The notes under the pieces were generated by a model. The model was not told the origin of the DNA. It saw only the letters and a list, made by a program, of their open reading frames with translations, and did not search any database. Source: Phoronis australis (lineage: Eukaryota; Animalia; Phoronida). From it: DNA of 64,000 bases. A program made the translations under genes and the position numbers. Positions 1 to 13,010 of the stretch are shown here, piece after piece. Every line of letters begins with the position of its first letter. Positions within the stretch are counted from its first letter, which is position 1. The stretch spans positions 946,931 to 1,010,930 of the forward strand of contig NMRA01000063.1 of NCBI GenBank assembly GCA_002633005.1, given 5' to 3'.

Positions 1-222
1 GAGTAAAGAGGTTGTGTTGAGTACACGGAGTAAAGAGGTTGTGTTGATCGAGTCACGGAGTAAAGAGGTTGTGTTGAGTACACGGAGTAAAGAGGTTGTG
101 TTGAGTACACGGAGTAAAGAGGTTGTGTTGATCGAGACACGGAGTAAAGAGGTTGTGTTGAGTACACGGAGTAAAGAGGTTGTGTTGAGTACGCAGAGTA
201 AAGAGGTTGTGTTGAGTACACG
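1..222. repeat. Minisatellite, 27-bp unit with 30-bp variants
   Basis: GAGTAAAGAGGTTGTGTTGAGTACACG x ~8, truncated by the window edge. Confidence 0.95.
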
Positions 223-401
223 ACCAATTTAAGGCAAACCACATTACTATTCGCAACAACAGTTTATTCCCCTCTCATGCTACCTGTTGCTTGACACACT
301 TTACACAAAGGCTCAGACATCAACAGTTTAAAAGTTTCTTAACATGACCCGATGATTTTCCTTCCCTGTGTTTACTTTGCACACATAAACTTTGTACTTA
401 C

Positions 402-541
402 CTCCAAAATCTTCGAAAGTGTGGGCCGCGAGTTCTATATTTGCTATAAGAGAGCTCAATCCAGCAAAAGACAAGCATAAAAAGAAGAGAACACACAGTA
501 TCCGTCCGAATATTCCAAATGTGGAGAAGAGTACAGGTATC
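402..541 (-). CDS. SLC6/NSS transporter exon 8 (TM8); the gene continues beyond the window start
   Basis: WIPVLFSTFGIFGRILCVLFFLCLSFAGLSSLIANIELAAHTFEDFG with the FAGLSS Na2 motif; ttttcag acceptor, GTAAGT donor. Confidence 0.92.
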
Positions 542-1272
542 CTGAAAAGATGAAGAATATGGAAACCATGGAATATTGTTGTAAGCCGTCTTCCGGAAAA
601 ATAACTTTTGATTTGAGGTGCTTTTCGAGTACTACTCGAGTGCTGGTTCTTCCATAATAAAAGAAACAAGTTGAGATCGATTTTATAAAGGACAGTTATC
701 AAAATCAAATTTAGCTTTGGACAGACAAACGGAAGTCTGAAACGGTTTTCAGTTGCTAATGGATCACAGAAGAGCAACCTTATATTCGGTACCGCGTGCC
801 GGCTGTATGAGAAATTGCATCAAAGGGCTAAGATGTTAGAGATAGTTAAGTAATACGTGTTAGAATCTGCCGGCGTGTGTTTAAGGTCAAGTAGTTAAAC
901 AGAAATTATGATTGGACAAAACAATGCACTTGTACAAGGATCAATTGATTTTGCGGGTGGTCACATGTGTCTACATCATCTTTATTAAGAAACACATGAG
1001 GGACTCATTCACACTATCATCCACTCTCCAGGAACACACAATTTAAAGTAAATTTATTCGAAAAGCTTACCTTGAATACATTATGGGTGAAGAAATTCAG
1101 CGATTGGGATCCATGTTGCTACAAAAAACTATTTTGAAAGCGATGTCTCACTCAACAAGGTAACAGTTTTAGTAAGTGATAACTGTTGACTATTTCTGAG
1201 GTACACGGACCACACGGCCCATTAAAAGCTTCTTTGGAGCTACATGATACGATCTAATTCTTCTTAGCCTAC

Positions 1273-1407
1273 CAGATGAATGTCAATCCAGTACTCGCCG
1301 GACCGCTCTCCTTAAGAATCCTAACTATTTCTGGTTGTGTCATCAATGGTTCTGTCCTTGTCAGTGTCCCGAAGACTGTGGAGAATATCAACATTCCACA
1401 TATCAAG
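1273..1407 (-). CDS. SLC6/NSS transporter exon 7 (TM7-EL4)
   Basis: SLICGMLIFSTVFGTLTRTEPLMTQPEIVRILKESGPASTGLTFIW; gttctag acceptor, GTAGGC donor; phases 2/2. Confidence 0.9.
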
Positions 1408-1446
1408 CTAGAACGAAAATATGAGCAAACAAGTGGCATCGACACC

Positions 1447-2805
1447 AAACAAGTACTGTAGTCTTGACATCAAACAAGTAGTCTGATACTAAACAAGTAG
1501 TCTTGATATCAAACAAGTAGTCTTGCAGTGGCGGATCTAGGATATCACAAGGGGGGGCAACATTTTGTCCGGCTGCAAGCATTTGCGCAAACCACGATTG
1601 TAGATGCGCATAGCACCGAATGAGGGGAGGTCAGGAAATTTTTCTGCTTTTTCCTTTAAAAATCAAGCATTTTCCTTGATTCGTGAAGTATTATCCAAAA
1701 AAGGCAAATATAAAAAAGGGAACGTGTCAAACAGGAAAACTGCAATTACAACAGACTCGAACTCACGACCTGGCGATAGAGCGCGCGACCTTTACCACTA
1801 CACTACCACGATTTCACTCCTAATCTGATACTAAGAGACTTACTTGTTTATGGTCCACAGCGTTTGCGCGCGAAACCTACTTCTTTTGTAATGCTTATTA
1901 CATGTTTTATATTTTGTGCAATCGGTTCTTAACAAATTTGTTGTATTTAAAATAGTCTTCAAATGCCCAAAAGACCAAATCCGTTTTCGTGTTGGCAATA
2001 ATGACGGGATTGCTTTGGAAATCGTCTTTTAAGACGATTTCCAAAGCAATCCCTTAAAAGTTAAAATTTGACAAAGAGAGAATTATGAGTTTCTGAGTGA
2101 TTCACTAAGGCTTCGATTAAAATTCACATTTTACCAACAGCTTTTGTTTTTTCATCGTCACTCAGGTTCCATTTTCTTTAAAAAATGAAATAACTTTTCT
2201 TCATTGCACAGTGGAGCAGACGACGGAAACGGAGTCGAGATGCGCAGCGCCACTGCCGGTCGCTTGAGATATCGCGGGAGAGCCTATACTTAGCCATAGT
2301 TCCGTTACGAATGCGCCGTGTTCTGAATTTGACACTTGAAATTGGATCTGAGCCCCCCCAAACACCAAAACTTCACACATTTAAATCTTGTTTCATCGGT
2401 ATAATTTTAATTACCGGGATTAATTAATAAACTCAACATTTCCCTACGCTCTTGCTGTTTTATTTTTTGCGGCAGCCAAGGGGGGCCCTGGGCCCCCTCT
2501 AAATCCGCCTTTGGTCTTGATACTAAACAAGTAGTCTTGATAGTAAACAAGTAGTTTGATCCAAAACAAGTAGTCTTGATACTAAAGAAGTAGTTTGATA
2601 CAAAACAAGTAGTCTTGATACTAAAGAAGTAGTCTTGATACTAAAGAAGTAGTCTTGATACTAAAGAAGTAGTTTGATACAAAACAAGTAGTCTTGATAC
2701 TAAAGAAGTAGTCTTAATACTAAACAAGTAGTCTTGATACCACATAAGTAGTCTTGATACTAAGCAAGTAGTCTTGATGCAAAACAAGTTGTCTTATACC
2801 AAAGC
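1447..2805. repeat. 20-bp minisatellite split by a MITE insertion
   Basis: AAACAAGTAGTCTTGATACT units at ~1447-1525 and ~2514-2805. Confidence 0.9.
1526..2513. mobile_element. Non-autonomous hAT-like DNA transposon (long member)
   Basis: TIRs CAGTGGCGGATCTAG / CTAAATCCGCCTTTG; GTCTTG on both flanks. Confidence 0.75.
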
Positions 2806-2972
2806 TAGATTCCTGCAACATCAAGTTGAAGCTCTTGTTTTCTTTATGGATTGTATAAAATTTGGAGAAAACCCTTTTCACCCACTGGTACATGCACCGG
2901 ATATTCGGGCAGGTTCACATAACGGGCGCAGGTTCACATAACGGGCACATTCACGGTAATAGGGGGCATTTA

Positions 2973-4414
2973 ACGTACTTGTCCGCGTTACCGCCCAGGG
3001 CGCTTAAATTGGGAATCTTAAAAAACAGGGGTGGGCGGTAAGTCGAGCATGGGCGGTTAAAATCGAAATTTTTGAAAAGTCGGGAGTTGTTGCTTACTGT
3101 ACAGAGGACCGATTTTACCCTGACGGCGCTACACTGACGTCGGCTTCAAGCAGATCAGTAAGGTCGGGGGATTGAAGTAACGGACTTCAACGGCCTGCGC
3201 ACACAATACAGTGGCGTCGTGATCCTGAGCGTGATTGGGTTTTTACGTATCTCGGTCGCTGCTGGTCATCTCTTAAAACTAAGGTATTACTACAGGTAGG
3301 TGTGCATTCAGTAGGGCAAATTTCTTGTGAGAAAAGACAGATCACACAAGACTCCGCTAATGATTGACAGTTCTTCTTGAAGACTTTAAACAATGTAACA
3401 TTTTATATACATTGTATATTTTTTCTGATTTCAAAGCCAACACCGCTGTTGTTCAAAGCACGTGCTCAATAATCGAACGATACTACCAAGGAGTGTACGA
3501 GTATACTACACTCCTTGATACTACTACAAGACGATGGGGCTACTCGGTCAGCTTCCAAAATAATGAAGCAAAAACACATCTTGTAAACAGTCATCAGGCA
3601 AATCAAAAGTTCCAAAAAATAAGTTTTTGACCGCGTGGAAGGTAGACAGAATGTTCGACTTGCGCTAATGACAAGTTGAATTTTTGCGGTCTTGCCTTTG
3701 GTTGGGCTCTTCCATTTTGGTGTCAGGAGTGAAAGCCATTAAAAACATGCGTTTAACCAAGACGGGAACAACGACACAAGTTGGCTTGTCATAAAGGACC
3801 GTGTCTTTTCTTATTTCAATGCTCGGTGCGAATATGTTTCGTGTATTGTCACAGGGATTCACACAAAGGTTGGCCATGGACGTGATATCCCTGTGAAGCA
3901 CTGCTTTGCTGGTTCTTCTACAGCAAATGAAATACATTCGACAAGCGTTGTCTCAGTGATCAGTACACGAGTTCCGCGCGTGAGCAAAAGGAAACAAATG
4001 TAGTGGCGGACTTAGAGGGGGGTGAAGGGGGCCATGGCCCCCCTAAAATTCTCCCAGATTCCATTGGGCAGTTCGGAGGTGCGAATGTCTGACGGTCAAA
4101 ATCCTGGCTAATATGCTGCCCTGGCCCCCCTAACTCAAAATTCTGGATCCGCCCCTGAATGCGGGCGGGTATTTTACCGCTATAGTAAGGCAAGGTCCCG
4201 GTTCCGCTAAAACTGATTTATTGTCACAGAAAGGTAAGCAAGTTGCGCACGTTTTGGATTCTTAATTTTGTTCGACGAACGTTCACAGAAGCACAGAAAC
4301 TTTTACGGAAGTCTCGATCATGAAAAATTGGGGGTGGTCTCTTGAAAATGAAAAATTGAAATTTTCGGGGGTGGGCGGTAAGCCGAGCATGGGCCGTAAC
4401 CCGGACGAGTAAGG
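2973..4414. mobile_element. Non-autonomous Tc1/mariner (pogo/Tigger-like) element
   Basis: Imperfect TIRs TA|ACGTACTTGTCCGCGTTACCGCCCA and TGGGCCGTAACCCGGACGAGTAAGG|TA; subterminal GGGGTGGGCGGTAAG(T/C)CGAGCATGGGC near both ends. Confidence 0.6.
4001..4157. mobile_element. Short hAT-like MITE nested in the pogo-like element
   Basis: TAGTGGCGGACTTAG...TGGATCCGCCCCTG; same family as 9853-10013, opposite orientation. Confidence 0.8.
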
Positions 4415-5046
4415 TATTTTTGCGAACTGCCTGAAACGCAAATTATGGAACAAGTTGCCCAATGACAAAAAAGATGTGTCAAAACTTTCTACATAGAGAT
4501 GAAAATATATTCACAGCTCCATCGTCTTAAAAACAAGTAAATTGGGAACAAAAAAGAGCAAATTTAATATTTTAATAGTCAAGATGTTAACTTCAGGAAG
4601 CAATTACAAATGTGTCATTGAGACATATTTTTATCGTCGTGTACTTACTTTGTTTTCAAATTATGTATTTAGTATAGTTCGGTAGCAGCCTTTCATTGAC
4701 ACAAATTTGGCTGAAGGCCCACCTGTAGACTACTTTTTGTTAAACAACTCAATTTATATTCGTTAGAAATCTGTATGCAATCTCCTATCTTCAGGTGCGC
4801 AATTATGAAACAAAACACATAACGTACAAGCCAGTTAAAATAGTTGCTATATTTCGAGACGACATGTTTTATCATGAAGCAATAGGTAAAATGGAGGAAG
4901 CGAAGTAAACGGTGACTGCAGGTAGTAAATATACAGAGAGTGTGAATGTATAATACAGTGCCAAACCAGCACGCCTAACCGAACAGAGTCACCTTGCGGT
5001 ACACACCCGTAAGCTGCTCAATCACCACAGATTTTTCGTGGCTAAT

Positions 5047-6006
5047 CAATAGACACTCCAAAATCTTTAGCCGAAATGGGTCATTTTCTTCATAATTTTA
5101 AAAATGGATAATGCATTACCAATGACAATGTCAATAGATTCTGCAACAGGCACATTAGTAAACAATGACCGTAAGCATTAAGTGACATCGGTTGGCAGTC
5201 TGGCACAGCAGAGATACTTAACATTTCAATGAACTCGTCACGCGTCTTGATAGAATGTCTGCATGAATGTATAGCTTTTGATAAAGATACTTAGAAATGT
5301 TGTGAGATGGCGTGTGAACTTGTGAGATTACACGTCGTAACCGCAAGCTAGGTTTATGGGTCTTGGGATTCCCATTAGTATACCCTTAGGAATAGTCACC
5401 TCCAATTACATTTAAATGTGTCGACCAGCTTGCGTGTTAACTGCTCTGACGTAACTCGCGCTTCAAGTCTAAAATGGGTGTGCGACTAAGAAATTGGAAC
5501 ATGTCAGGGTCAGAAATCAATCGACCAAGTTTGTCACAGTAATTAGCTTTGTTCCGCGTAATCACATATTGTGCGGACTTGTCAGCTCGTCGTATGACAG
5601 TATCATCGTTGTTCTGACTCTCAACATCAAGAACTAGACCTCCAGGTAACGTGTGGCAGGGATCCCTAATGTGACATTTGTGCTCTGCTCTCACATTTGA
5701 GTAGATCTTTGATATTAGGGTTAACTTCAACGAAACCATCTTGTTGCAATCTGGTGATGTCACTATTCAGGCCTAAGGATAGAACTAAACTCTCGTTTGT
5801 CACAATTGAAATGATAGTCAGAGGCATTCAGGTACCGTACTAGTTCTTTAGGTAGTTTAATGCCGCATAGAGGTTAACAAGTTTTTTTACGACTATTCTC
5901 TGCTTCGAGACTTTCGCTACGTTTTCATCAATGCACAATAGAACTTTTTGTTTGAGTTGTGTACAAAATGATACATTTCGGTTAAAGATTTTGGAGTCTC
6001 TATTGA
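5047..6006. mobile_element. TIR element inserted in the left arm of the long inverted repeat
   Basis: ~40-bp inverted termini CAATAGA(C/G)ACTCCAAAATCTTTA(G/A)CCGAAATG. Confidence 0.6.
5110..5620 (-). pseudogene. Penelope-like retroelement reverse transcriptase remnant
   Basis: NDDTVIRRADKSAQYVI..NYCDKLGRLISDP resembles the PLE motif DIVIRPADKG; a frameshifted SLFTNVPVAESIDIV follows near 5130-5175. Confidence 0.7.
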
Positions 6007-7879
6007 TCACCCCGACCAACCCGCGATCGAAAACGCCCAAAAAAAGTGATCGAGAACGAAATTTGGCGCGAGAAGCGAAGCCAAGCAAGGTGAGTAAATT
6101 TGATAAATTTTCGTTGTTTTTACTTCCAATGTGAAAACAGAGACACAAGTTCAAGGCGTAACACATTGAGGAAGGGCAGGTAGAGGTTTAGGCTAGTGTC
6201 TCTTCCAATTATAGGAGAAAAATTACGTTGACCGAGGCATCGCATGAGCCGAAGGTGATTTGTATGTCATTTTGGAAAATTGCCGTTATTTTTGGCACTA
6301 AATCAATACATTTACCATGGAGTTATGAAGAAATGACGTGTGAAAATATAACGCAACGCTTGTTTTTTGTAGTTTTGTCAGGATCCCTGATTTTCGACGC
6401 TTTTCTGTTGAAAGGTGCGATCGAGAACGAAACGATAAGCGATCGGGAACGCAAAATATTAATTTTTGTTTATGCAATCGGGAACGCATCGTGGTATTTC
6501 AAACATTAATAAACTTTTTAGTTATAAAACGTGAAAAGGGTTACAAAATAGGTGTGGTGCAATTATTTGATCACATTTTGCGTCATTACTGTTTTACTTT
6601 CATATCAAAACTGAACAACAGCATAGCATATTTTCATTAAATTGCCATGACTACTACATGTTTATCAAGCATAATTTTAGTTTCACAAACGAATTTATTT
6701 TCCTTTCAGGAAACAAGTTCACTGTTATTGTGAGGCGAGCTTCAACGGACATGTTACCCACGACATGAAGGTATACCCTACCAGGGTTTTTAAATACAGA
6801 CACCTACTTTTAGACGAAACCACTGAGAACAAGGAGTTGTTCCATGTGGCCTGTCAGCCAGGGGTAAACAAACTGTTGCGGCATATGAAAGCGAGTGTAG
6901 AATCTTCTTGCAAAACTGTGACCGCAATTAAAAAGGAAAAAAACAATTAGCCAGTGACGTCAAATAATGACGATGAGCTTGCCCATGGGAAGAGAGGGGA
7001 ATGCGGCAACACTTCACGAGATGATTCAAAGATTCCCACTCATAACGTCTGGGATCCAAAAATTTTCGCCAGAAGTGCTCAGAAAACGGGTGGGATTTTA
7101 CTTGATGTTTTACTGCACTGATAACATCGATACAGAGATGAACAGATTGACTTGTGGCACCCGTGTGGCTTGAATGTATGTTGTGTTTGACTCTTCTGTT
7201 TTGTAATCTTGGTCCTAAGTTCACCTGCATCATCAGTTCATGATCTCCAGTTTAATGTGACATTGAAAAAGATTGAGACATTTATAATACACGTGCTATA
7301 CTGTGATTTTCTCAAAACGTAGTCAACATGTTGTCATTAACGTCACTTCAACTACACACTGTAGTGATATACACAGGAAATCAACAACAATATTATAGTA
7401 TTTGTATTATAATATTAATCTTTTATCACACATATCTCAAAGTTGATCTTACAAAAATATTTAAAATATTGCTTTAGGGAAATCGACATTACAAATCCAT
7501 TGAACATTTCTAACGAATTACTTTTGTAATGTATTAGACTAAATCATCACTGAATCATAGACAATGTATTTAGGACTGATTGATAGTATAATAGTCTCTC
7601 ACAGGAAATCAATAACAATATGAAAGCAATTTCAACAATAATCATAGACCTCTATTTTCTTTTAAAATACTAATTGTATTTAAGTATTGCGCAATGGCGC
7701 TTAGTATGGGCATTTAAATCTACCTAAACACTACGAAAAAGTACTGGTTCTGTTAAAGATCCTTTTGAAATAACACAAATATAGAAAGAAAATTGAGGAA
7801 AAAAGGTTCAAAACAAACGTCAAAATACTATCACATTAGCCAACTACCAACCATAAAATCTGTAAATCTAAATAAACTA

Positions 7880-8343
7880 TAGTGACTTATAAACCTTCAC
7901 CACTGGACTTGATGATTTCATTCATGACGTTTCTGCTTGCTATGCCTGTAGGAGGCATACTGTGGCATGACATGCCACATTCACCACACAAAGGAGTGTC
8001 CTCGTGGTATGGCAGTCACTCTTTCCGTAAAACATTGATCACAGATAGGACACTGAGTCGACTTGGTTCCTGAGCACGATGCTTCATGTTTTGTTTTCCG
8101 GTATTGGTAAACAAAATCTTGACGCATGCAACGCGTCAATTGCAGGGCTGGTAAAGGTATTGCTTGCTGTAGTGTCACTTGTGTTGCCATGTGGTCGTAC
8201 TGAGTCGATTTCTGAGTTCCTGAACGAGGCTCCACAACACACACACACACACACTCACATTCCGTTGTGACATGCAGCAGCTGTACTACTCTTTTTTGAA
8301 CGCGTGGACAGCCTGAAGGACTCGTGGTATGGCTACAGTTCAA
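7880..8343 (-). pseudogene. Degenerate RING-finger coding exon
   Basis: ttttttcag acceptor at 8344; CPICDQCFTERVTAIPRGHSF, then (frameshift) CGECGMSC and a terminal VVKVYKSL. Confidence 0.5.
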
Positions 8344-9852
8344 CTGAAAAAATCAAACGCATTCAGTTATGTAGGCTAAATCTCACTTAGAAATCATGAA
8401 AAAATGATGAAATGTATCTAAAAATCGACCCATCAACTAATTTAGGCTCCGTATTAGTCTAAAATTATTGACATAATATCATAACTTGAACCACTATTCA
8501 GGCCAATGCAAAGAAAAAAAATGTGCGTTCACGATCGCCATAGAGAATTAACGACTTCGTTACCGGTCGCCGTCTCACACGAGGACCTGCTTGTATTGGT
8601 AAATACCTCAAATTGTTTCACAAATCATAATTAACAAAGGTGCCACCAGGGACGATTAAACAATAAACGTCACACTTCTTTACTTAAGAACCCTGGAATT
8701 GCTAATAACAAGTAGAAATTGTCGCTTTTACGAGGCGCAAGGCATTTTACCGAAAACCATTGCTTTCTGAGCTCTTTATTTTAAAAAATAAGCAAAAGTC
8801 AAGTACTATTTCAGACCCACAACAAAGGTTACACTCTGGCGCTTTTCTGTGTGTAGCATTTGTACCAAAGTTGTCTCCAGTTAAGCAGAGAATGACACTT
8901 AAACTCACCGGGTACGTCACTGTCGTCTGCCATTTTTGGTGCAAGGTCTCGTTCTCGATCGCCTTCCGGACGTTCTCGATCGCGGGTTGGCCGGAGTCTT
9001 GATCAGCCACGAAAAATGTGTGCTGAATGAGCAGCGCCAGTGCAGGTGTTTATCACGCGCTCGCTCTGTTCTGTTAGGCTTGCGGCCCTTCCTACTTCGT
9101 GATACATTCACACGTTCTGCTTGTGCGTCCCTCTACATGAACTGTATTATACATTCACACTCTGTGTATATCTACTTGCTGTCACCGCGGTTTATTTCAC
9201 TGTTTATTTCGCTTCCTCCACGTTCATTTTACCTATTGCTTTATGATGAGACATGTCTCGAAATATAGCAACTATTGTAACTGGTTTGTACGTTATGTCT
9301 CTTGGTATTTTGCTTCATAACTGCACGCCTCAGAAGATACGAGGTTGTATAAAGACGACGAGCGAGTATATATTAAGCCGTCTATCAAAAGGTACAGTCA
9401 TGCCTTCAACCAACTTTGTTTCAAATCATGGTTTCATAGATATTTATTCAATTCCAGAATTTGTTTTTAGTAGTGCTTTACAACGATGTTCAATTATAAC
9501 TAATACCATTATTATACCAATCCCTTAAACAAGCACACAATTCGCCTAAAGATCACAAATTAACCTTAGTCAAACGTCACCTGTATTGTGTCAACGGACA
9601 TGAGCGTTTTTACGTTAATTTTGGAGTAGTTGGTTGAAGTTATTAGCTTTGATCAAAACTGAGAAAACCACTTCTCAAAGTCACTTAAATTGCTTCCAAA
9701 TACTGATGGCGAAGTCCAACTTGGAATATGCCTTTTAGTACCATATGTTAAGACACTGCACAAAATTTTGACGTAAAAACCTGTTTNAGACACTGGGTCA
9801 CTGACTTTTTTCACCTGAAAAACCTCAAAACGAGTAGATTTGAGATGATTAC

Positions 9853-10013
9853 CAGGGGCGGATCCAGGATTTTGAGTTGGGGGGGAGGGGGCAGGACAGA
9901 GTATTAGCCAGGATTTTCCCGTCAGGCATTCGCACCCCGAACTGCCAAATGTAATCTGGGAGAATTTTAGAGGGGGTCATGGCCCCCTTGGCCCCCCTCT
10001 AAATCCGCCACTG
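9853..10013. mobile_element. Short hAT-like MITE
   Basis: CAGGGGCGGATCCAG...TAAATCCGCCACTG; 5-bp duplication ATTAC. Confidence 0.85.
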
Positions 10014-10121
10014 ATTACCTCCATAAAAATATTGCACAAAGAACAATCGAAATCGGAGATAAATCTAAAAAGGTTTTAAACGAATTTTTATTACTAATCG
10101 TATCTTACGTTGTAAATGTAC

Positions 10122-10284
10122 CTGACGAGATTATTTGTTGCTGGTATGAGTGAACCGTACTTTACAATACCGTGTCTTCGAGTCATGTACGTGGCATATG
10201 GGATCATGAGGCCCGATCCCGCACCGGTGTCAAATGCATTTTGACTAATAGCGTCCACCCAAAGTCGAGGGTTTCCAAAACTAG
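10122..10284 (-). CDS. SLC6/NSS transporter exon 6 (TM6-TM7; not in the ORF track)
   Basis: ASFGNPRLWVDAISQNAFDTGAGSGLMIPYATYMTRRHGIVKYGSLIPATNNLVS; ctttcag acceptor, GTACAT donor. Confidence 0.92.
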
Positions 10285-10507
10285 CTGAAAGTAGAATTTG
10301 TCAACTAATTTACCTTAAGAAAGACCTACTAAATCGCTTACACAGGACTTACAACAAAATCATTTTGGATGTTGGTGTCTGCAAATGACATTTAAGGTGG
10401 GCCTCATTCATAATACATGGTTTGACGTGTAAACATCACTGACTGCAAGTCATTGGACATACATGCATGTACACAAACATCACCGGTATTTTTAAATGCG
10501 AATTTAA

Positions 10508-12558
10508 AGGAGAATGACACCCCAAAACAACCTATTTTGTATCAATTTAGATCGAGTAGTTCCACTCGATAACAGCAAGTACAGCTCTTTTACCCTACAC
10601 CTGACGGCAGACGGAGGTGTCGAAATTAACCAATGACGTCAGAGGTTTGAATGCAGTCTGTTCAGCAGTTCACAACACGCTTACTGGTGTCGGCTAATTG
10701 CTTAAATTCATCGTTTTACACCAATAAATCATCGAAATTCGATGTAAATACATCGAGTTATTGAACAAACGAGTTATTTTATTTCGTTGTTACAGATGTT
10801 TATGTATTTGAACGTGCCGTAGCCTACAGAGTTCGGTAGGCCAATGTGCCAAGGTCGGTCGCGGGAGTTTGGGGTCTGTTTGGTGATAAATTCAGATTAT
10901 TCGTTCATGAAATACAGACAGGAGAACATAGCTGCGTGTTGTAATTTTAGACTTGCGACACATAAAACACATAAAACGCTTACTATCCCGGCCAGTGGCT
11001 CGGAACAGGATCAGGCCCATCGCGGCCGGACTGAAGACATCACGAACATAAACCAGCCAAAGTTGGAAACTAAACTTCCAGTCACAAGAAGACTATACTA
11101 GTGAGCAAAAGAAAAATGTGCACGCTGATTATTTTGGTGAATTAGCCGCGAAGCTGCAAATCTACATACTAGCTCGTCTGGGGCTGCGAAGTCAGGTTAC
11201 CCTTTCACAGAACCGTTAGGGCAAAAGTTGCAACCATGATTGGAATAATGTATATGAATATCTAAATAAAAATTTCCCTAACATCTGACCATATATACAA
11301 TGGAGTTATTGTTTCACAACAGCTTTGTCAGCAAACACTGAATTAACATGCTCTCACACGGCCTCGGTGCCCTGGGGTCAATTAGTTTATTGGTGTATCT
11401 AAAGCCGGTAACACAGTGATTTATTCATTGCTGGGTTCTCAAAACATTTGCACTAAAGAACACTCCAAGCCATTACAAGTTGTATCTAATATGGGGCAGA
11501 ATTTGTTTCAGTTTGATATAAGCATTGATTAGGTTGAGAATAATTCATTTTGAAACAGAACGCACAATATAAACGTCAAGGTTGCAACTCGCAATCCCGA
11601 CTTAGACGAGTGATTAACCAACGAAGACTTCACAGGTCGACCGTACAGAGGCTCTGTTCACAGACAACGAAACACATGAATAGTTCCGAAACCGTTTGCA
11701 GGGGCGGATCCCGGCCAGGTTTTAGTTAGGAGGGGGGGGCAGGGCAGTGTATAAGCTAATATTTTGTCAGGAATTAGCACCCCCGAACTGTCAAATGGAA
11801 TTTGGGAGAGTTTGGCCCCCCCTCTAAATCCGCCACTGGTTTGAATGACTTATCCATAAGCTAACCGCACGATAATGGAAACGACGGACGCTTGCGTTTG
11901 CTGCCACAAACTTCCGCAAGTGAAACGAATTCTTGGAGAAGCACAAATGTGTCTCACGGACCATCCCGATTTTGCACCGCATCTAAAAAGGTGTGCTTAC
12001 GACGTGAGAAACATCCTACACCCAGAGGACCTAACAGAAGCCTCACAAACGAGTCAGTCATCAAACAGGTTACATAAAACATTATGTTCTCACGCCTTGA
12101 ATTAATTGTAATTGTTTATGTTTTCATGGCCAACTACAATTTTCCATAATCAAAAACTGATCAACAACCGATCCGACGAAATGCAGGTCAAAAGCACTGA
12201 CAGACACGGAGAAGTTTCATGGCCTCATACTTGGTATAACGGCGTACTTTTCATTCTTCATTACCGCGAGCCACTTCCAAAGCATTATGGGCTCTCATTC
12301 GAGGAAATCGAAAAAACGATATACCGGCTTTCCTCGTAACTTCATACTTCACACAAGCGGAAACCATACACCACACCCCACCACATAGCGGCACTCACTC
12401 TGTTGAAGAACCACTGACGATGCTGCATCGTTTCTTACCTCACAGGTTAACGCGACACCTCTCGGCGAGGTAAGATCGACCGACGGTATACGAGGTGATG
12501 TAAATATCGACCGATTAAGACTGTAAAAAAGACTAATCAAATCGAGTAGCATTCTCCT
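10508..12558. mobile_element. Kolobok-type non-autonomous transposon, copy A
   Basis: TTAA|AGGAGAATG...CATTCTCCT|TTAG; KolX-like remnant on + (11875-12105, METTDACVCCHKL..CLTDHPDF); THAP remnant on - (~12160-12395, GISFFRFP..KW..LHF); homologous to 48210-49856. Confidence 0.8.
11699..11838. mobile_element. Short hAT-like MITE nested in Kolobok copy A
   Basis: CAGGGGCGGATCC...AAATCCGCCACTG; 5-bp duplication GTTTG. Confidence 0.85.
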
Positions 12559-12675
12559 TTAGATTTAGCTTAAGAAGACACAAGAAAGAAAACAAGAGTT
12601 TGGCAATCCTGGATATATTAGGAATGGCAAAATTTCACAATAGTGTTGATATCTTGGAGACAGAGACAGAGACAA

Positions 12676-13010
12676 NNNNNNNNNNNNNNNNNNNNNNNNN
12701 NNNNNNNNNNNNNNNNNNNNNNNNNNNNNNNNNNNNNNNNNNNNNNNNNNNNNNNNNNNNNNNNNNNNNNNNNNNNNNNNNNNNNNNNNNNNNNNNNNNN
12801 NNNNNNNNNNNNNNNNNNNNNNNNNNNNNNNNNNNNNNNNNNNNNNNNNNNNNNNNNNNNNNNNNNNNNNNNNNNNNNNNNNNNNNNNNNNNNNNNNNNN
12901 NNNNNNNNNNNNNNNNNNNNNNNNNNNNNNNNNNNNNNNNNNNNNNNNNNNNNNNNNNNNNNNNNNNNNNNNNNNNNNNNNNNNNNNNNNNNNNNNNNNN
13001 NNNNNNNNNN

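Larger units (their letters stand above)
4695..9425. mobile_element. Long-inverted-repeat (Mutator/foldback-like) element with decayed convergent genes
   Basis: ~4695-5050 plus ~6003-6060 align to the reverse complement of ~8950-9425 (e.g. AATAGTTGCTATATTTCGAGAC, AGCAATAGGTAAAATG, GAGTGTGAATGTATAATACAGT, CCAACCCGCGATCGA). Confidence 0.65.

Noticed and set aside
1-259. Repetitive ORFs (STRSKEVVL)n and (CTQHNLFTP)n
   Set aside because: By-products of an intronic minisatellite.
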